Below are positions 1 through 9,799 of a stretch of DNA of 64,000 nt, piece by piece; position 1 is the stretch's first letter, and each line of letters opens with the position of its first letter. The stretch covers positions 90,517-154,516 of the forward strand of contig CANMWZ010000006.1 of NCBI GenBank assembly GCA_947501605.1. Direction: 5' to 3'. Source of the stretch: Planctomycetota bacterium. Its GTDB lineage: Bacteria > Planctomycetota > UBA1135 > UBA2386. Both the position numbers and the translations under genes were made by a program. A model generated the notes under the pieces. It saw nothing but the letters and a program-made list of their open reading frames with translations. It had not been told where the DNA came from and did no database searches.

Positions 1-1
1 G

Positions 2-625
2 AAGTTCTCGGTCGACGGCGAGTCCTTCGACCTGGTCGTCAACACGGTGCCGCTACCGCAGATCGAGGGCGCCATCGAAGGGATCCCGGCGGAGATTCGC
101 GCCGACATCCGGGCGATGGTCCCCATCTCGCTGATCAACGTGATGATCGGCGTGAAGCTCGACGAGCCGATGCCGCCGCTCAGTTGGATCTACCTGCCGT
201 TCGCTGACCAAGGTCCGACCAACCGCGTCACCTACTACAGCAACTACTCGCCGAACAACGCCCCTGCGGGTCACGGCTCCTTCCTCGCCGAGGTCACCTA
301 CCGTGGCAAGCTCGTGCCCGACGCGGCCTGGATGGAGCACGTCCTCAAAGGACTTGCGCGCGCCGGTATTCTGCGGCGCGAACAGGTCGTCTTGGCGGAG
401 TGGTGCGACAACACCTTTGCCTACATCGACCAGAACCTCGAGTTCGCGGCTCGCGTCGGCCGGGTTCGCAGTTGGTTTGACCAATCGGGCTACATCACCT
501 TCGGTCGCTTCGGACGGTACGAGTACCACAACAGCGACCAGTGCGTTGCGAGGGCGATGGAAGTGCACGCCCACATCCGCGAAATCGCCGCCTCCGGCGC
601 CCCAGCTCGCCCGGCCTTTCGCTGA
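2..625 (+). CDS. FAD-dependent oxidoreductase, C-terminal part (protoporphyrinogen oxidase / UDP-galactopyranose mutase-like); 5' end outside the window
   Basis: Frame is open from base 2 (KFSVDGESFDLVVNTVPLP). It contains NRVTYYSNYSP and the C-terminal flavin motif GRFGRYEYHNSDQC, typical of the Glf/HemY-like family. Confidence 0.7.
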   Translation, partial: KFSVDGESFDLVVNTVPLPQIEGAIEGIPAEIRADIRAMVPISLINVMIGVKLDEPMPPLSWIYLPFADQGPTNRVTYYSNYSPNNAPAGHGSFLAEVTYRGKLVPDAAWMEHVLKGLARAGILRREQVVLAEWCDNTFAYIDQNLEFAARVGRVRSWFDQSGYITFGRFGRYEYHNSDQCVARAMEVHAHIREIAASGAPARPAFR

Positions 626-742
626 CAGCCGAACCACGGCTCGCAACCCTGAGGGCAGGGTCCTCGCGTTTTCGCAGGTCGAAGGGAACACGAAGCAGCA
701 GCCGGAGCGTCCGAGATGCGCCTGCCGAGCTCATGCCGCTTG

Positions 743-916
743 GTAGGGCTCTTTGCCTGTCCTTGGATTCCTGTTGGGTCGCTGGATGCCAGAGGGTGCC
801 GCGAATCAGAGGGGTCTGTTCCGGGATGCATAGCCCAGGTTCCTTTGGTCGATCAGCGAGTCGATCAAGGTCCCGGTGGCTCGACGAGGTTCGAGGACAG
901 GCAAAACTCTCCCTGC
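743..916 (+). ncRNA. ssrS: Probable 6S RNA (rod-shaped RNA with central bubble)
   Basis: The 5' arm gtaggg..tttgcctgtccttgga..gttgggtcgctgg pairs with the 3' arm ccggtggctcgac..ttcgaggacaggcaaa..ccctgc. There is an inner stem atcagagggg/ttcctttggt and a poorly paired central region. Many G-U pairs favour the + strand. About 174 nt, intergenic, followed by a terminator. Confidence 0.65.
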
Positions 917-949
917 GATGCGCGGTGTGCGAGCCCGCGCAAGTCTCCC

Positions 950-993
950 AGCGGAGCGCACCGCCCCATGCTGGTGCGCTCCGCTTCTTTTTT
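950..993 (+). terminator. Intrinsic (rho-independent) terminator
   Basis: 13-bp perfect stem agcggagcgcacc / ggtgcgctccgct followed by tctttttt. Confidence 0.85.
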
Positions 994-1308
994 GCGCGCT
1001 GCCTTGGCAGGCCGTTCTTGCTTGCTGCATCGGCAGCGGGCCGCAGCGAGCCGTCCCGCGCCTGCGCCACGCGCTGCCACGCTGGACCAACGAGCCCCGC
1101 TGCGTGCTTCACGGCCTGCCACCACGCGAGGATTTTGTGGGCCAACAGGTTACGTCGCGGCGCGAACTCGGTAGCCTCCCGCGCCAGCCGACGGCTGTCT
1201 GCGCCCCGCCAACGTGTCGCCACCGGCCCCTTCCGACCGCATGCACACACCATCCTCCGGTCCGGGTCCGTCCGTTCGCATCACCCCACTGATCCACCAG
1301 GACCAGGC

Positions 1309-1629
1309 GTGAGTGATCCCAGCGACCGCCTCGGCCGCGACCGCATCCCACGCGATGCGGTCCAGCGCGCATGGGCGCAGCGCGGATTCAGCTGCGAACT
1401 CTGGGTCGACCCGCCAGAGACCGTCTGGGAGGGCTTCGTCCACGACACGGATGAGTTGGTCCTTCTGCTCGACGGATCCCTGCTGATCGAGTTCGACGGG
1501 CGCGCATTGCGGCTCGAGCCCGGCGATGAACTACGGATCCCGGCTGGCACCAAGCACACGGTGCGAAATCTCGGCGGCACGACCGTGCGCTGGCTCTACG
1601 GCTACCCGGTGAACGAGCAGGCTGGCTGA
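1309..1629 (+). CDS. Cupin domain protein
   Basis: GTG start inferred. Cupin motifs HDTDELVLLLDG and PGDELRIPAGTKHTVRN. Confidence 0.8.
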   Translation: MSDPSDRLGRDRIPRDAVQRAWAQRGFSCELWVDPPETVWEGFVHDTDELVLLLDGSLLIEFDGRALRLEPGDELRIPAGTKHTVRNLGGTTVRWLYGYPVNEQAG

Positions 1630-1660
1630 AGCGCGGGATCCCGCGGCAGCCGACCGTCCC

Positions 1661-2170
1661 TCAGTCGTCGGACATTGCGTAAATGCCCTGCTGCCCCGGC
1701 GTCTCCTCGACGCCGACCTCGAGCCGCCTGACCTGCAACTGCGGCCACGCGGCCCGCATGCGCAGACGCAGCTCGCGGGCAAACCAGGTCGCCAGATTTT
1801 CGGCGCTGGTGTTGCCGATCGGCAACACGATCACTTCGTCACGCGGGACCAAGTAGCGACGCTGCAGGTAGCGGATCTCCATCTGCCCACCCTCGATCTC
1901 GGTCGCGCGCAGCACAGGGTGTTCGCCCGGGATCAACAAGTGCTCGTCGAGCTCGTCGCAGAGCTGACGGACCATGGGCTTGATCTCCTTGAAGTTGACC
2001 ACGAGCCCATGCGCATCGAGTTGCGTCTCGATTGCCACGGTCACCTTGTAGTTGTGACCGTGCAGCCGCTCGGCCGACCCGTCCGGGAAGATCAGAAAGT
2101 GAGCCGCGCTGAACTTGAGGTAGTCCTTCTCGATGAAGATGGACCAGCGCTCGGATGGGCCGTGGCTCAT
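1661..2170 (-). CDS. queD: 6-carboxytetrahydropterin synthase / 6-pyruvoyl-tetrahydropterin synthase family
   Basis: FSAAHF, ERLHGHNY, LDEHLL, TSAENLA and VEET motifs of the PTPS/QueD family. Confidence 0.85.
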   Translation of the reverse strand: MSHGPSERWSIFIEKDYLKFSAAHFLIFPDGSAERLHGHNYKVTVAIETQLDAHGLVVNFKEIKPMVRQLCDELDEHLLIPGEHPVLRATEIEGGQMEIRYLQRRYLVPRDEVIVLPIGNTSAENLATWFARELRLRMRAAWPQLQVRRLEVGVEETPGQQGIYAMSDD

Positions 2171-2219
2171 GGGACGGTATCGACGGGGGCGACGCTGAGA
2201 GCGCGCCGCCCAAGCCACG

Positions 2220-4337
2220 TCACTTCGCGTATTCCTCGAGCACCTTGCCGGCGATGTTTGGCGGCACCGGCTCGTAGTTGCTCGGTTCCATCGAGTAGTG
2301 CCCGCGACCTTGCGTCATCGAACGCAGCGACGTCGAGTACTGGAACATCTCAGCGAGCGGAACCTTGCCGGTCACGGCCGAGATGCCACCTGGCTTCGAG
2401 GTCATCTCTTCGATGATGCCGCGACGCGATGACAAGTCACCGATCACGTCGCCGGTGCGATCCTCGGGGCACTCGACTTCGATCTTCATGATCGGCTCGA
2501 GCAACTGCGAGTTGTTCTCCGCGGCGATGCGGAACGCCAGGATGCCCGCCGATTCGAACGCCATGGCGCTCGAGTCGACGTCGTGGCTCTGACCGTCGTA
2601 GAGCTCGGCGCGAACCTTCACGTACGGGAAGCCCTGGCGGCCACCGCCAGTGACTGCGGCGAGGATGCCCTTCTCGATCGGCGCAATGAACTCGCGCGGC
2701 ACCGAGCCGCCCTTCACCGCATCGACGAACTCCAGCGTCTCCACTTCGTCGTCGGTGGAGAAGCGCACGCGGCAAACGGCGAACTGACCCGAGCCACCGG
2801 TCTGCTTGATGTGACGCGCTTCGACGTCCTTCGACTTCGCCAGCGTCATCTTGTAGGCAACCTTCGGCTTGCCGACTGTCACCGGGATCTTGTAGTCGTT
2901 CATGATCATGTTGCACTTCACCTCGAGGTGAAGTTCACCCATGCCACTGATGACCATCTGACCCGTCTGCTCGTCGGTGATCGCCTTGAACGTCGGGTCC
3001 TCGCGGACCAGCTTGCCGATGACCGTCGACAGCTTGTCGCGATCCGCGCCCGCTTTGGGCTCGATCGCCATGCTGATGACGGTGTCCGGGAAGTTCATCG
3101 CCTCGTAGATGACCGGGTTCTCGCGCGTGCTCAGCGTGTCTCCGGTGATCGCCTCCCGGATACCGACCGCCGCGACGATGTCGCCGGCTCGCGCGGTATC
3201 GATTGGCTCGCGCTGGTTGGCATGCATGCGCATCAGACGGCCGATGCGCTCGTACTTGCGCGTGCGCGCGTTGTAGTACTTCTCGCCCTGCGACATGGTG
3301 CCGCTGTAGATGCGCAAGAACGTGAGGTCGCCATTGGGGTCACTGATGGTCTTGAAGACCAGGGAACCGAACGGCTGATCCGGCAGCAGATCCCAGATGA
3401 CCTTGCTGTCATCTTCCGGGTTCTTGCCTTCGATCGGGGGCACATCGAGCGGACTCGGCAGGAAGTCGACGACGGCGTCGAGCACCTGCTGCACACCCTT
3501 GTCCTTGAACGCCGAGCCACAGAAGACCGGTGTTATCCCGAGCGACAGAGTGCCCTTGCGGACCGCCAGCATGATCTCCTCGACCGTGCCGATCTCGCCT
3601 TCGACGAACTTCTCGAGCAGCGGCTCGTGGAACTCGGCGATGCCCTCGATCATCTTCTCGCGGCGCGCCTTGGCCTGATCCATCAGGTCGGCCGGGATCT
3701 CCTTCGTGATCATCTCACGAGCGTCGGCGTCTTCACCGGTCCAGTAGTAGGCCTTCATGTGGATCAGGTCGATCACACCGAGGAAGTCCTTCTCCTTGCC
3801 GATCGGCATCACCAGCGGCACCGGGTTCGCGTTGAGGCGCGACTTCATCGAGGCCACGGCCTTGTCGAAGTCGGCGCCCGTGCGGTCGAGCTTGTTGACG
3901 AAGGCGACGCGCGGAACCTTGTAGCGATTTGCTTGGCGCCACACCGTCTCCGACTGAGGCTGCACGCCCGCGACGCCGCAGAACACGCCGACAGCGCCGT
4001 CGAGCACGCGCAGCGAGCGCTCCACTTCGGCGGTGAAGTCCACGTGTCCTGGGGTATCGATCAGGCTCATGGTGTGGCCGCGCCAGTGGCACGTCGTCGC
4101 GGCCGATGTGATCGTGATGCCGCGCTTCCGCTCTTCCTCGAGGTAGTCCATCGTGGCGGCGCCCTCGTGCACTTCACCGATCTTGTGGCTCTTGCCGGTG
4201 ATGTAGAGGATGCGCTCGCTGAACGTGGTCTTGCCGGCGTCGATGTGCGCGATCACGCCGAAGTTGCGAAGCATGCGGATCTCCGCGATGTCCTTCGACT
4301 CCTTCTTCGACGGGGTGGAATTGTCGGCCTGCGACAT
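2220..4337 (-). CDS. fusA: Elongation factor G
   Basis: [65 protein letters not shown]; 705 aa. Confidence 0.97.
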   Translation of the reverse strand: MSQADNSTPSKKESKDIAEIRMLRNFGVIAHIDAGKTTFSERILYITGKSHKIGEVHEGAATMDYLEEERKRGITITSAATTCHWRGHTMSLIDTPGHVDFTAEVERSLRVLDGAVGVFCGVAGVQPQSETVWRQANRYKVPRVAFVNKLDRTGADFDKAVASMKSRLNANPVPLVMPIGKEKDFLGVIDLIHMKAYYWTGEDADAREMITKEIPADLMDQAKARREKMIEGIAEFHEPLLEKFVEGEIGTVEEIMLAVRKGTLSLGITPVFCGSAFKDKGVQQVLDAVVDFLPSPLDVPPIEGKNPEDDSKVIWDLLPDQPFGSLVFKTISDPNGDLTFLRIYSGTMSQGEKYYNARTRKYERIGRLMRMHANQREPIDTARAGDIVAAVGIREAITGDTLSTRENPVIYEAMNFPDTVISMAIEPKAGADRDKLSTVIGKLVREDPTFKAITDEQTGQMVISGMGELHLEVKCNMIMNDYKIPVTVGKPKVAYKMTLAKSKDVEARHIKQTGGSGQFAVCRVRFSTDDEVETLEFVDAVKGGSVPREFIAPIEKGILAAVTGGGRQGFPYVKVRAELYDGQSHDVDSSAMAFESAGILAFRIAAENNSQLLEPIMKIEVECPEDRTGDVIGDLSSRRGIIEEMTSKPGGISAVTGKVPLAEMFQYSTSLRSMTQGRGHYSMEPSNYEPVPPNIAGKVLEEYAK

Positions 4338-4599
4338 GATGAGTACCTGGAAATGCAGTAGAGGCAGGACCGCAGCGGCCGCGACCTCTGACGCGCGGCA
4401 GGCTTTGGCCCGGTTTGAAGGCGAAGAAGGGTAGCGGGCCGTCTCGGCTGGTCAATGGCCCCGCCGCGCTCCCGGCGTTGCGAACCTCCCCACCGCACCT
4501 GCCGGTGGCACCGCTGCCAGCTCGCCGCTGTCCAGTCCCGCATCACCCGAGGTCGATGCCTGTGCGCAAACGCAGCACTCAATCCGCGCAAGGAAACCC

Positions 4600-6537
4600 G
4601 TGGCAACTGGCATTCGCAGCATCCTGTCCGCCCTTCTGGCCGTTAGCGCCCTGGCTCCCTTCACCACTGCGCAGCAGGGTCCGGCTGAAGCCAAGGCGTG
4701 GCTCGAGGCCGGAAATCGCCGATTTCAGTCCTGCGACACCGCGCCGCCCCAACTTGGCGCCGGCGCGCGCCGGACTACAGCCCTTGGCCAGAATCCCCGC
4801 GCCGTCGTGCTGACTTGCACCGATTCGGACGTGGCCCCCGAACATGTGTTCCAGGCGGGACTCGGCGAACTGGTCGTGATCCGTCTGGCGGGCAACTGCG
4901 TCGACACCGAGACCATCGCCGACATCGAGCAGGCGGCGAGCCGACTCGCTGTACCGCTGTTGGTCGTCCTCGGTCACGAGCGCTGCACCACGGTTGCGGC
5001 GGCGATCCGCTGCGCCGAAGACGCCGAACGCGGGGTGGCCACGAGCGTGCCGAGCCCGGCACTGCAACAGCTGCTGCAGCAGTTCGAACCATCTGTCCGC
5101 CGCGGCTTGCAGCAGTCGCTGAGCGGAGCGGCCCTCGCCGCCCAGGTAGAAACTGAGCATGCAACGGCAATCGCCGCCGAGTGTCTTCGCCGCAGTGAGA
5201 CCCTAAGACGCCTGCAGCAACTCGGTCGCTTCCAGGTCCAGCCTGCGCGCTACCACCAAGAGACCGGCGCCGTCGAATGGCTCTTGCCGCAGCCACTGCC
5301 GCAAACACCGCAGGAAGCCGCGACCGTGGCCGACGCCTCGCCGCCGACCATGGCGCCGCATGTCGCACTCCGCCTGCTGCAGGCAGGCAATCGCCGCTAT
5401 CTGGGCGACGGCAAGCCACTAGGCGACATCAGCCCGACGCGGCGCGCCGGGATTCAGAAGGGGCAGCAGCCGTTCGCGATCGTGCTGACCTGCTCCGATT
5501 CCCGCGTTCCACCTGAGCATGTGTTCGATTGCGGCCTCGGCGAACTGTGCGTGATTCGCATCGCCGGGCACGTCATGACGGACACCGTGCTCGCTAGCCT
5601 CGAACTAGCGGCGTCCCAGAGCGGCGCGCCGGTCATCGTCGTCCTCGGTCACAGTGACTGCACCACGATCCAAGAAGCGGGGCAATCGGGGGATCGCGCC
5701 CGAACAGCAGGCATGCGCGCACTGGTCGACCGCGTCGCGCCAGCCTTTGCCGGTCAGCATGGCACCAGCCCAGAAGCGCAGAAGGCCGCCGTCGCCGCCA
5801 ACGCGCTGCGCGTCGTCAGCCAAGCCCGTCAACGCAGCATCACGCTACAGCAGTTGGAGCAGCAGGGTCGCCTCCTGCTCCTCCCGGCAGTCTACGACAT
5901 CGCCAGCGGGGACATCTCCTGGTTGGCCGAGCCGCCGCAAGAGGCGAGCGTGATGCCGGCTCTCCCACCAGCCACGCCGCACGGGGAATCCCATGCCGAA
6001 AAGATGGCAGCTCCGCACCACGAACCTGTGCCAGCGCCCACGCACGGAGCCGACGGCCACGATGCACCCCACGTCGAAAGCCACGTGCACACCGAGCCAC
6101 ATCACGGCGAGCACGGCACGCCGCCAGCACCCGACTTGTCGTGGGCAGCCCCATCGCCGGAAGCAGCCGTCGCCGGCGCACTGCCCGACGTTCATGCCGC
6201 GCCAATGGGTGAGTCTCACGCCCCGGCCCACGCGGGGCATGACATGGATCCCGCGGCCCATGCCCCATCGCCAGACGTGCACATGGACACGCCGCAAAGC
6301 GATGCGCCCGCGCCCGGCGCCAACCACGGCGTAGCAGAGGATCCACACGCGCACGGGCACGTGCACGGCGACGCTCACGACGACTCTGCGCCGAACGCGC
6401 ATCCCGCCGACACTCACGACCCGGCGCCGCGAGCGGAGACTGCCAAGAGCCAATGGAACACCGTGCTGATGCTCGCGGTCACGGCGATCGCCTCGTTCTC
6501 GCTCGCGATCGTCGTCACCATGCGTCACCGCAACTGA
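4600..6537 (+). CDS. Exported tandem beta-class carbonic anhydrase with His-rich linker and C-terminal TM helix
   Basis: N-terminal signal peptide; two beta-CA domains (GNRRF..CTDSD..RLAGN..GHERC and GNRRY..CSDSR..RIAGH..GHSDC); His/Pro/Ala-rich stretch; terminal hydrophobic helix followed by RHRN. Confidence 0.85.
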   Translation: MATGIRSILSALLAVSALAPFTTAQQGPAEAKAWLEAGNRRFQSCDTAPPQLGAGARRTTALGQNPRAVVLTCTDSDVAPEHVFQAGLGELVVIRLAGNCVDTETIADIEQAASRLAVPLLVVLGHERCTTVAAAIRCAEDAERGVATSVPSPALQQLLQQFEPSVRRGLQQSLSGAALAAQVETEHATAIAAECLRRSETLRRLQQLGRFQVQPARYHQETGAVEWLLPQPLPQTPQEAATVADASPPTMAPHVALRLLQAGNRRYLGDGKPLGDISPTRRAGIQKGQQPFAIVLTCSDSRVPPEHVFDCGLGELCVIRIAGHVMTDTVLASLELAASQSGAPVIVVLGHSDCTTIQEAGQSGDRARTAGMRALVDRVAPAFAGQHGTSPEAQKAAVAANALRVVSQARQRSITLQQLEQQGRLLLLPAVYDIASGDISWLAEPPQEASVMPALPPATPHGESHAEKMAAPHHEPVPAPTHGADGHDAPHVESHVHTEPHHGEHGTPPAPDLSWAAPSPEAAVAGALPDVHAAPMGESHAPAHAGHDMDPAAHAPSPDVHMDTPQSDAPAPGANHGVAEDPHAHGHVHGDAHDDSAPNAHPADTHDPAPRAETAKSQWNTVLMLAVTAIASFSLAIVVTMRHRN

Positions 6538-6735
6538 GTCGCGCGCGTTGCTGACCGCCACTGGACGGACGGAAGCGTCGCCGAGCACCCAGCCGACGGG
6601 TCGAGTTCCAGGAGTGCCAACTCGCCGAACCTGGGCGCCTCCTTGGTTCGCGCGACGAAGCGATCGATCCGGGTGCCCAACGCGCAGGAAGGACGCGCCC
6701 TCGAACGGGCCGCTGACCCGGCGCTCGGTGCCTGT

Positions 6736-8460
6736 TCACTTCATGTGACGTTCGAAGGCTGCGCGCCGCTCCGGGTCGTCGTTGTGGTCGAAGTAGAACA
6801 GGCGCAGGTCGGCGAAGTCCTTGGCGACCTGTTCCTTCGACTTGTTCGGCAGCTCCCGGATGTAGGCGTCGAGGGCGCCCTCGAAGTCCGAGCCGAAGTG
6901 CTTCGGCTGACGTTCGCGCAGCGCTCGCATCAGGGCGCGATCCCAGATCACGATCCTCATCGGCATCGCCAACGCGTCCGGGAGGGAGGGCACTGGAAAG
7001 GCGATCTGGCGGTAGGCGTCGCAGAACCCGCCCGTCTGGTAGCTCCCTTCCAACATGAAGTTCAGCTTCCGCTCGATCAGGTAGTGCGGATACATCGGCC
7101 ACGGACGATCGTGCCCCGGCTTGCGACGACCCGGCACCGGCAAGTGCGCGATGTAGGCGTCGGTGAGTCCGGCGGCGCACTCGACGGCGACGTCGACCTC
7201 GGTTCGATACGCGAAGTTGGCGTGGCCACCGGCGATGCCGATGCGAACGCCGAGCCCAGCGAACAACCGCTTCAGCTCATGGCCGGCGAGGCGCGCGTAC
7301 TCGGTCAGCGGCAACCCTGGGCTCAGCTCCACGACGCTGATCGCGCGGTTGTCCGAGACCGCTCCGGCATAGTCCGTCAGGTAGGGCGGATCGTGGCGGA
7401 AATGCGTGCCGGCGACGGCGATGCCGACCGCGGCGGCGCGCACCGCGGGCATCTTCTGCACCAGCAGATCGAGCGCGAGCAACAAGAACGGCGTCACCGG
7501 CAAGAGGAAGCGGCCGAACATGAAATCGCCGCCGACCCACACCACGAACGCGATGTAGGGCAACACGAACAGCCACAGCGCGAGGCCCGTCCGGCGCGCG
7601 TTCCAACAATCGGCGACCGCGAAGCGATCGACGCGGCGCAGCGGCAGCACCAGCAATGCGAGCGCAGCAGGCACCAGCGACAGGCTGTAGCACTTGAAGT
7701 ACTCGACGACGTAGTCGAGGCCCGCAGCGAGGTTCGGTTCGCCGCCGGACTTGGCGAAGAACGTGTTGGGCACCCAGTAGCCGTAGTAGGCGTGACGCCA
7801 GAGCAAGTACGGCACCATGCACACGATCAGCGGGATGCCGTAGGCAAGAGCGATGCGGGAGCTGCGTGCCCGCCACGCGTCGAACAGGACCATCGCCCCG
7901 GCGGCGGCCACGAACAGCGCGCCGTCGGGCCGCGTCATCGCTGTGAGCGCCGCGAGAAAGCCGAGCAGCCACACCTGACGGCCGCAGCGACGTTCGATGG
8001 CGAGCCACCACATGCAGACCCCGAGGAACACGAACAGCGCCGTCTCGAGGCCAGCGGGAGCCAACGACGCCGCGGCATAGCTCACGGCGTAGGCGGGCGC
8101 GGCGATGGGCACCAGAGCCTTGCCGTGACTGCTGCGCCACGCCACGACGCCGAGCACAAACACCGTCGCTGCATGCAGCAGACAGCCCCAAAAGATCGAC
8201 CAGGTCTCGAGGTGGTCGCCGATGAAGCCGAGTGCGATGCCGATCGCCAGCCACATCGTCCAGCTGAAGTTGGTGTAGCCCTCGACCGGAGCCTCGTTCG
8301 GATCGAGGTTGAACACCAGCCCGTTGCCGTCGACGAAGTTCTTGGCGTAGCGAAACGAGATGTAGGCGTCGTCGCAAGTCCAGCCCAAGGACCACGCATG
8401 CGCGAAGGCCATAAGCGTGGCGAGGAGGACAACCGACCAGAACAAAGGGGCACGCCGCAT
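6736..8460 (-). CDS. Polytopic membrane glycosyltransferase (GT-C fold, arabinofuranosyl/mannosyltransferase-like)
   Basis: DDAYISFRYAKN..GNGLVFN..VEGYTN loop after the first TM helix; GLET, TRPDG, PNTFFAK and GGDFM..RFLLP motifs; many TM segments. Confidence 0.75.
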   Translation of the reverse strand: MRRAPLFWSVVLLATLMAFAHAWSLGWTCDDAYISFRYAKNFVDGNGLVFNLDPNEAPVEGYTNFSWTMWLAIGIALGFIGDHLETWSIFWGCLLHAATVFVLGVVAWRSSHGKALVPIAAPAYAVSYAAASLAPAGLETALFVFLGVCMWWLAIERRCGRQVWLLGFLAALTAMTRPDGALFVAAAGAMVLFDAWRARSSRIALAYGIPLIVCMVPYLLWRHAYYGYWVPNTFFAKSGGEPNLAAGLDYVVEYFKCYSLSLVPAALALLVLPLRRVDRFAVADCWNARRTGLALWLFVLPYIAFVVWVGGDFMFGRFLLPVTPFLLLALDLLVQKMPAVRAAAVGIAVAGTHFRHDPPYLTDYAGAVSDNRAISVVELSPGLPLTEYARLAGHELKRLFAGLGVRIGIAGGHANFAYRTEVDVAVECAAGLTDAYIAHLPVPGRRKPGHDRPWPMYPHYLIERKLNFMLEGSYQTGGFCDAYRQIAFPVPSLPDALAMPMRIVIWDRALMRALRERQPKHFGSDFEGALDAYIRELPNKSKEQVAKDFADLRLFYFDHNDDPERRAAFERHMK

Positions 8461-8507
8461 GAGGAGCGCGGATCGTGCCCGCTGCGCGCCGCGGGCGAAA
8501 GGGCGCG

Positions 8508-9230
8508 TCAACCGACCGTCGTGCGCAGCGCCGCCACCAAGGCAACGGCGAACCGCCGTTGGCCCGCCGCCGTGCGCGCGGTTCGCTGGTTCAGTTCGAT
8601 CTCGATGCCGAGGTAGCGCGCGGGTGACTGGGAACTGCGCAGACTCTGCGTGTGCCCATCGGTGTGTCCGAAGTAGGGGAAGTTCTTGCGCACCGACAGC
8701 CCTTGCGCGACGAGCGCCGCCTGTAGCGCCACGACCAAGGCGCGTTCGCGTGGGCGCTGCGGATGAAACAACAGCCCCACATCCGATCGCCGCTCGACGC
8801 CGTTCAAGCGCTCGACAAACGAATGGACACTGAGGTGCAGACAACCACCGCTGGTCACCACCGCTCGCCCGACGGCGCGTGCCGTCGCCGCGCGAAACGG
8901 TCGCCACCACCGCTGCAACCGCCGTTCGCGATCCGCCGCCGTGAGCGCTTGGTTGCCTGGGACCGGACCATCTTCAGTACGCGCGGCACAGAGTCGTGGA
9001 TGATCCTCGCTGCGATTGAGGTCGACCACGAGCCGCGACCACTCGCCGACCATCAGCGGCGCGTCGAATGCAGCGGCGATCGCCTGCGCCACCGGCAACG
9101 CACCTGGATCCCACGCAACGTGCTGCTGACGTCTTGAGGCCAGCAGGCCAAGCCCGTGCAACTCCTTGGGCACCGCGTTGCTGGCGTGCTCGCACGTGAC
9201 GACGAGCGAGCGCCCGTGCCCGCGCACCAC
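8508..9230 (-). CDS. N-formylglutamate amidohydrolase family protein
   Basis: TCEHASN, WDPGA, SRLVVDLNR, SVHSF, EIELNQ motifs. GTG start inferred just after the upstream stop codon. Confidence 0.85.
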   Translation of the reverse strand: MVRGHGRSLVVTCEHASNAVPKELHGLGLLASRRQQHVAWDPGALPVAQAIAAAFDAPLMVGEWSRLVVDLNRSEDHPRLCAARTEDGPVPGNQALTAADRERRLQRWWRPFRAATARAVGRAVVTSGGCLHLSVHSFVERLNGVERRSDVGLLFHPQRPRERALVVALQAALVAQGLSVRKNFPYFGHTDGHTQSLRSSQSPARYLGIEIELNQRTARTAAGQRRFAVALVAALRTTVG

Positions 9231-9231
9231 C

Positions 9232-9735
9232 TCAGTCCTCGATCTCAAAATCGCAGAGCAGCACAACACGGGGGCTGTCTGACGAGTTGGTCACCTCGTG
9301 AATCTGGCTGCGATCGAACATCACGACGTGCCCCTCTTCCCACTCCAGCCGCTTGCCAGCCACGATCATCTCGCTGCCGGAGGGCACTTGGACGCCCATG
9401 TGCAGTCGCTGCAGCTTTGGCCCATAGTTGTCTGAGTGCGGCAGAATCCGCGACTTGGCGCCAACCAGCGAGAAGCCCGCGTCCACCAGCCGCGGCAACG
9501 ACTTCAGCATCGCCACGGTCCTAGGACACCTCGACTGGTTCTTCGGCAGGTCGATCGGGAGATACGGGTCGCAGTTGAAGAACAGCCCGAACACGCTCCA
9601 CATGCCGGTGTAGCCGTCGGACTGCGGCCAGGGGTAGAAGTCGCGAACGAGGTCGAGACCCTGCAGTTCGCGCTTCACGTCGGGGAAGGCGCGCTCGATC
9701 GTCGGGATCACCACCTGCGTGAGGTCGTAGGCCAT
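9232..9735 (-). CDS. Aspartyl/asparaginyl beta-hydroxylase family 2OG-Fe(II) oxygenase
   Basis: CPRT, FSLV..ILPHSD, RLHMG, WEEG..FD.S.IHEVTN..RVVLLCD. Confidence 0.85.
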   Translation of the reverse strand: MAYDLTQVVIPTIERAFPDVKRELQGLDLVRDFYPWPQSDGYTGMWSVFGLFFNCDPYLPIDLPKNQSRCPRTVAMLKSLPRLVDAGFSLVGAKSRILPHSDNYGPKLQRLHMGVQVPSGSEMIVAGKRLEWEEGHVVMFDRSQIHEVTNSSDSPRVVLLCDFEIED

Positions 9736-9799
9736 GGGCGAGAATCCTATCGACCGATGGTCGCGCGTTCCTGCACCGCGGCACCACCTTGGCAACGCC

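Noticed and set aside
675-699. caggtcg..cgaagcagc resembling the SRP RNA domain IV motif
   Set aside because: The loop is 9 nt instead of a GNRA tetraloop, and the flanking helix does not pair.
541-1308. Long N-terminal extension of the 541..1629 ORF
   Set aside because: Arg/Ala-rich with no protein-like features, and it runs through the structured RNA and terminator. Only the cupin part from about 1309 is credible.
2583-4361. 592-aa + strand ORF, and similar long antisense ORFs (6643-8616, 17020-18372, 22745-24649, 23502-26231, 60779-62638)
   Set aside because: They are antisense shadows of well-supported genes. High GC and codon bias suppress stop codons on the opposite strand, and they have no recognisable motifs.
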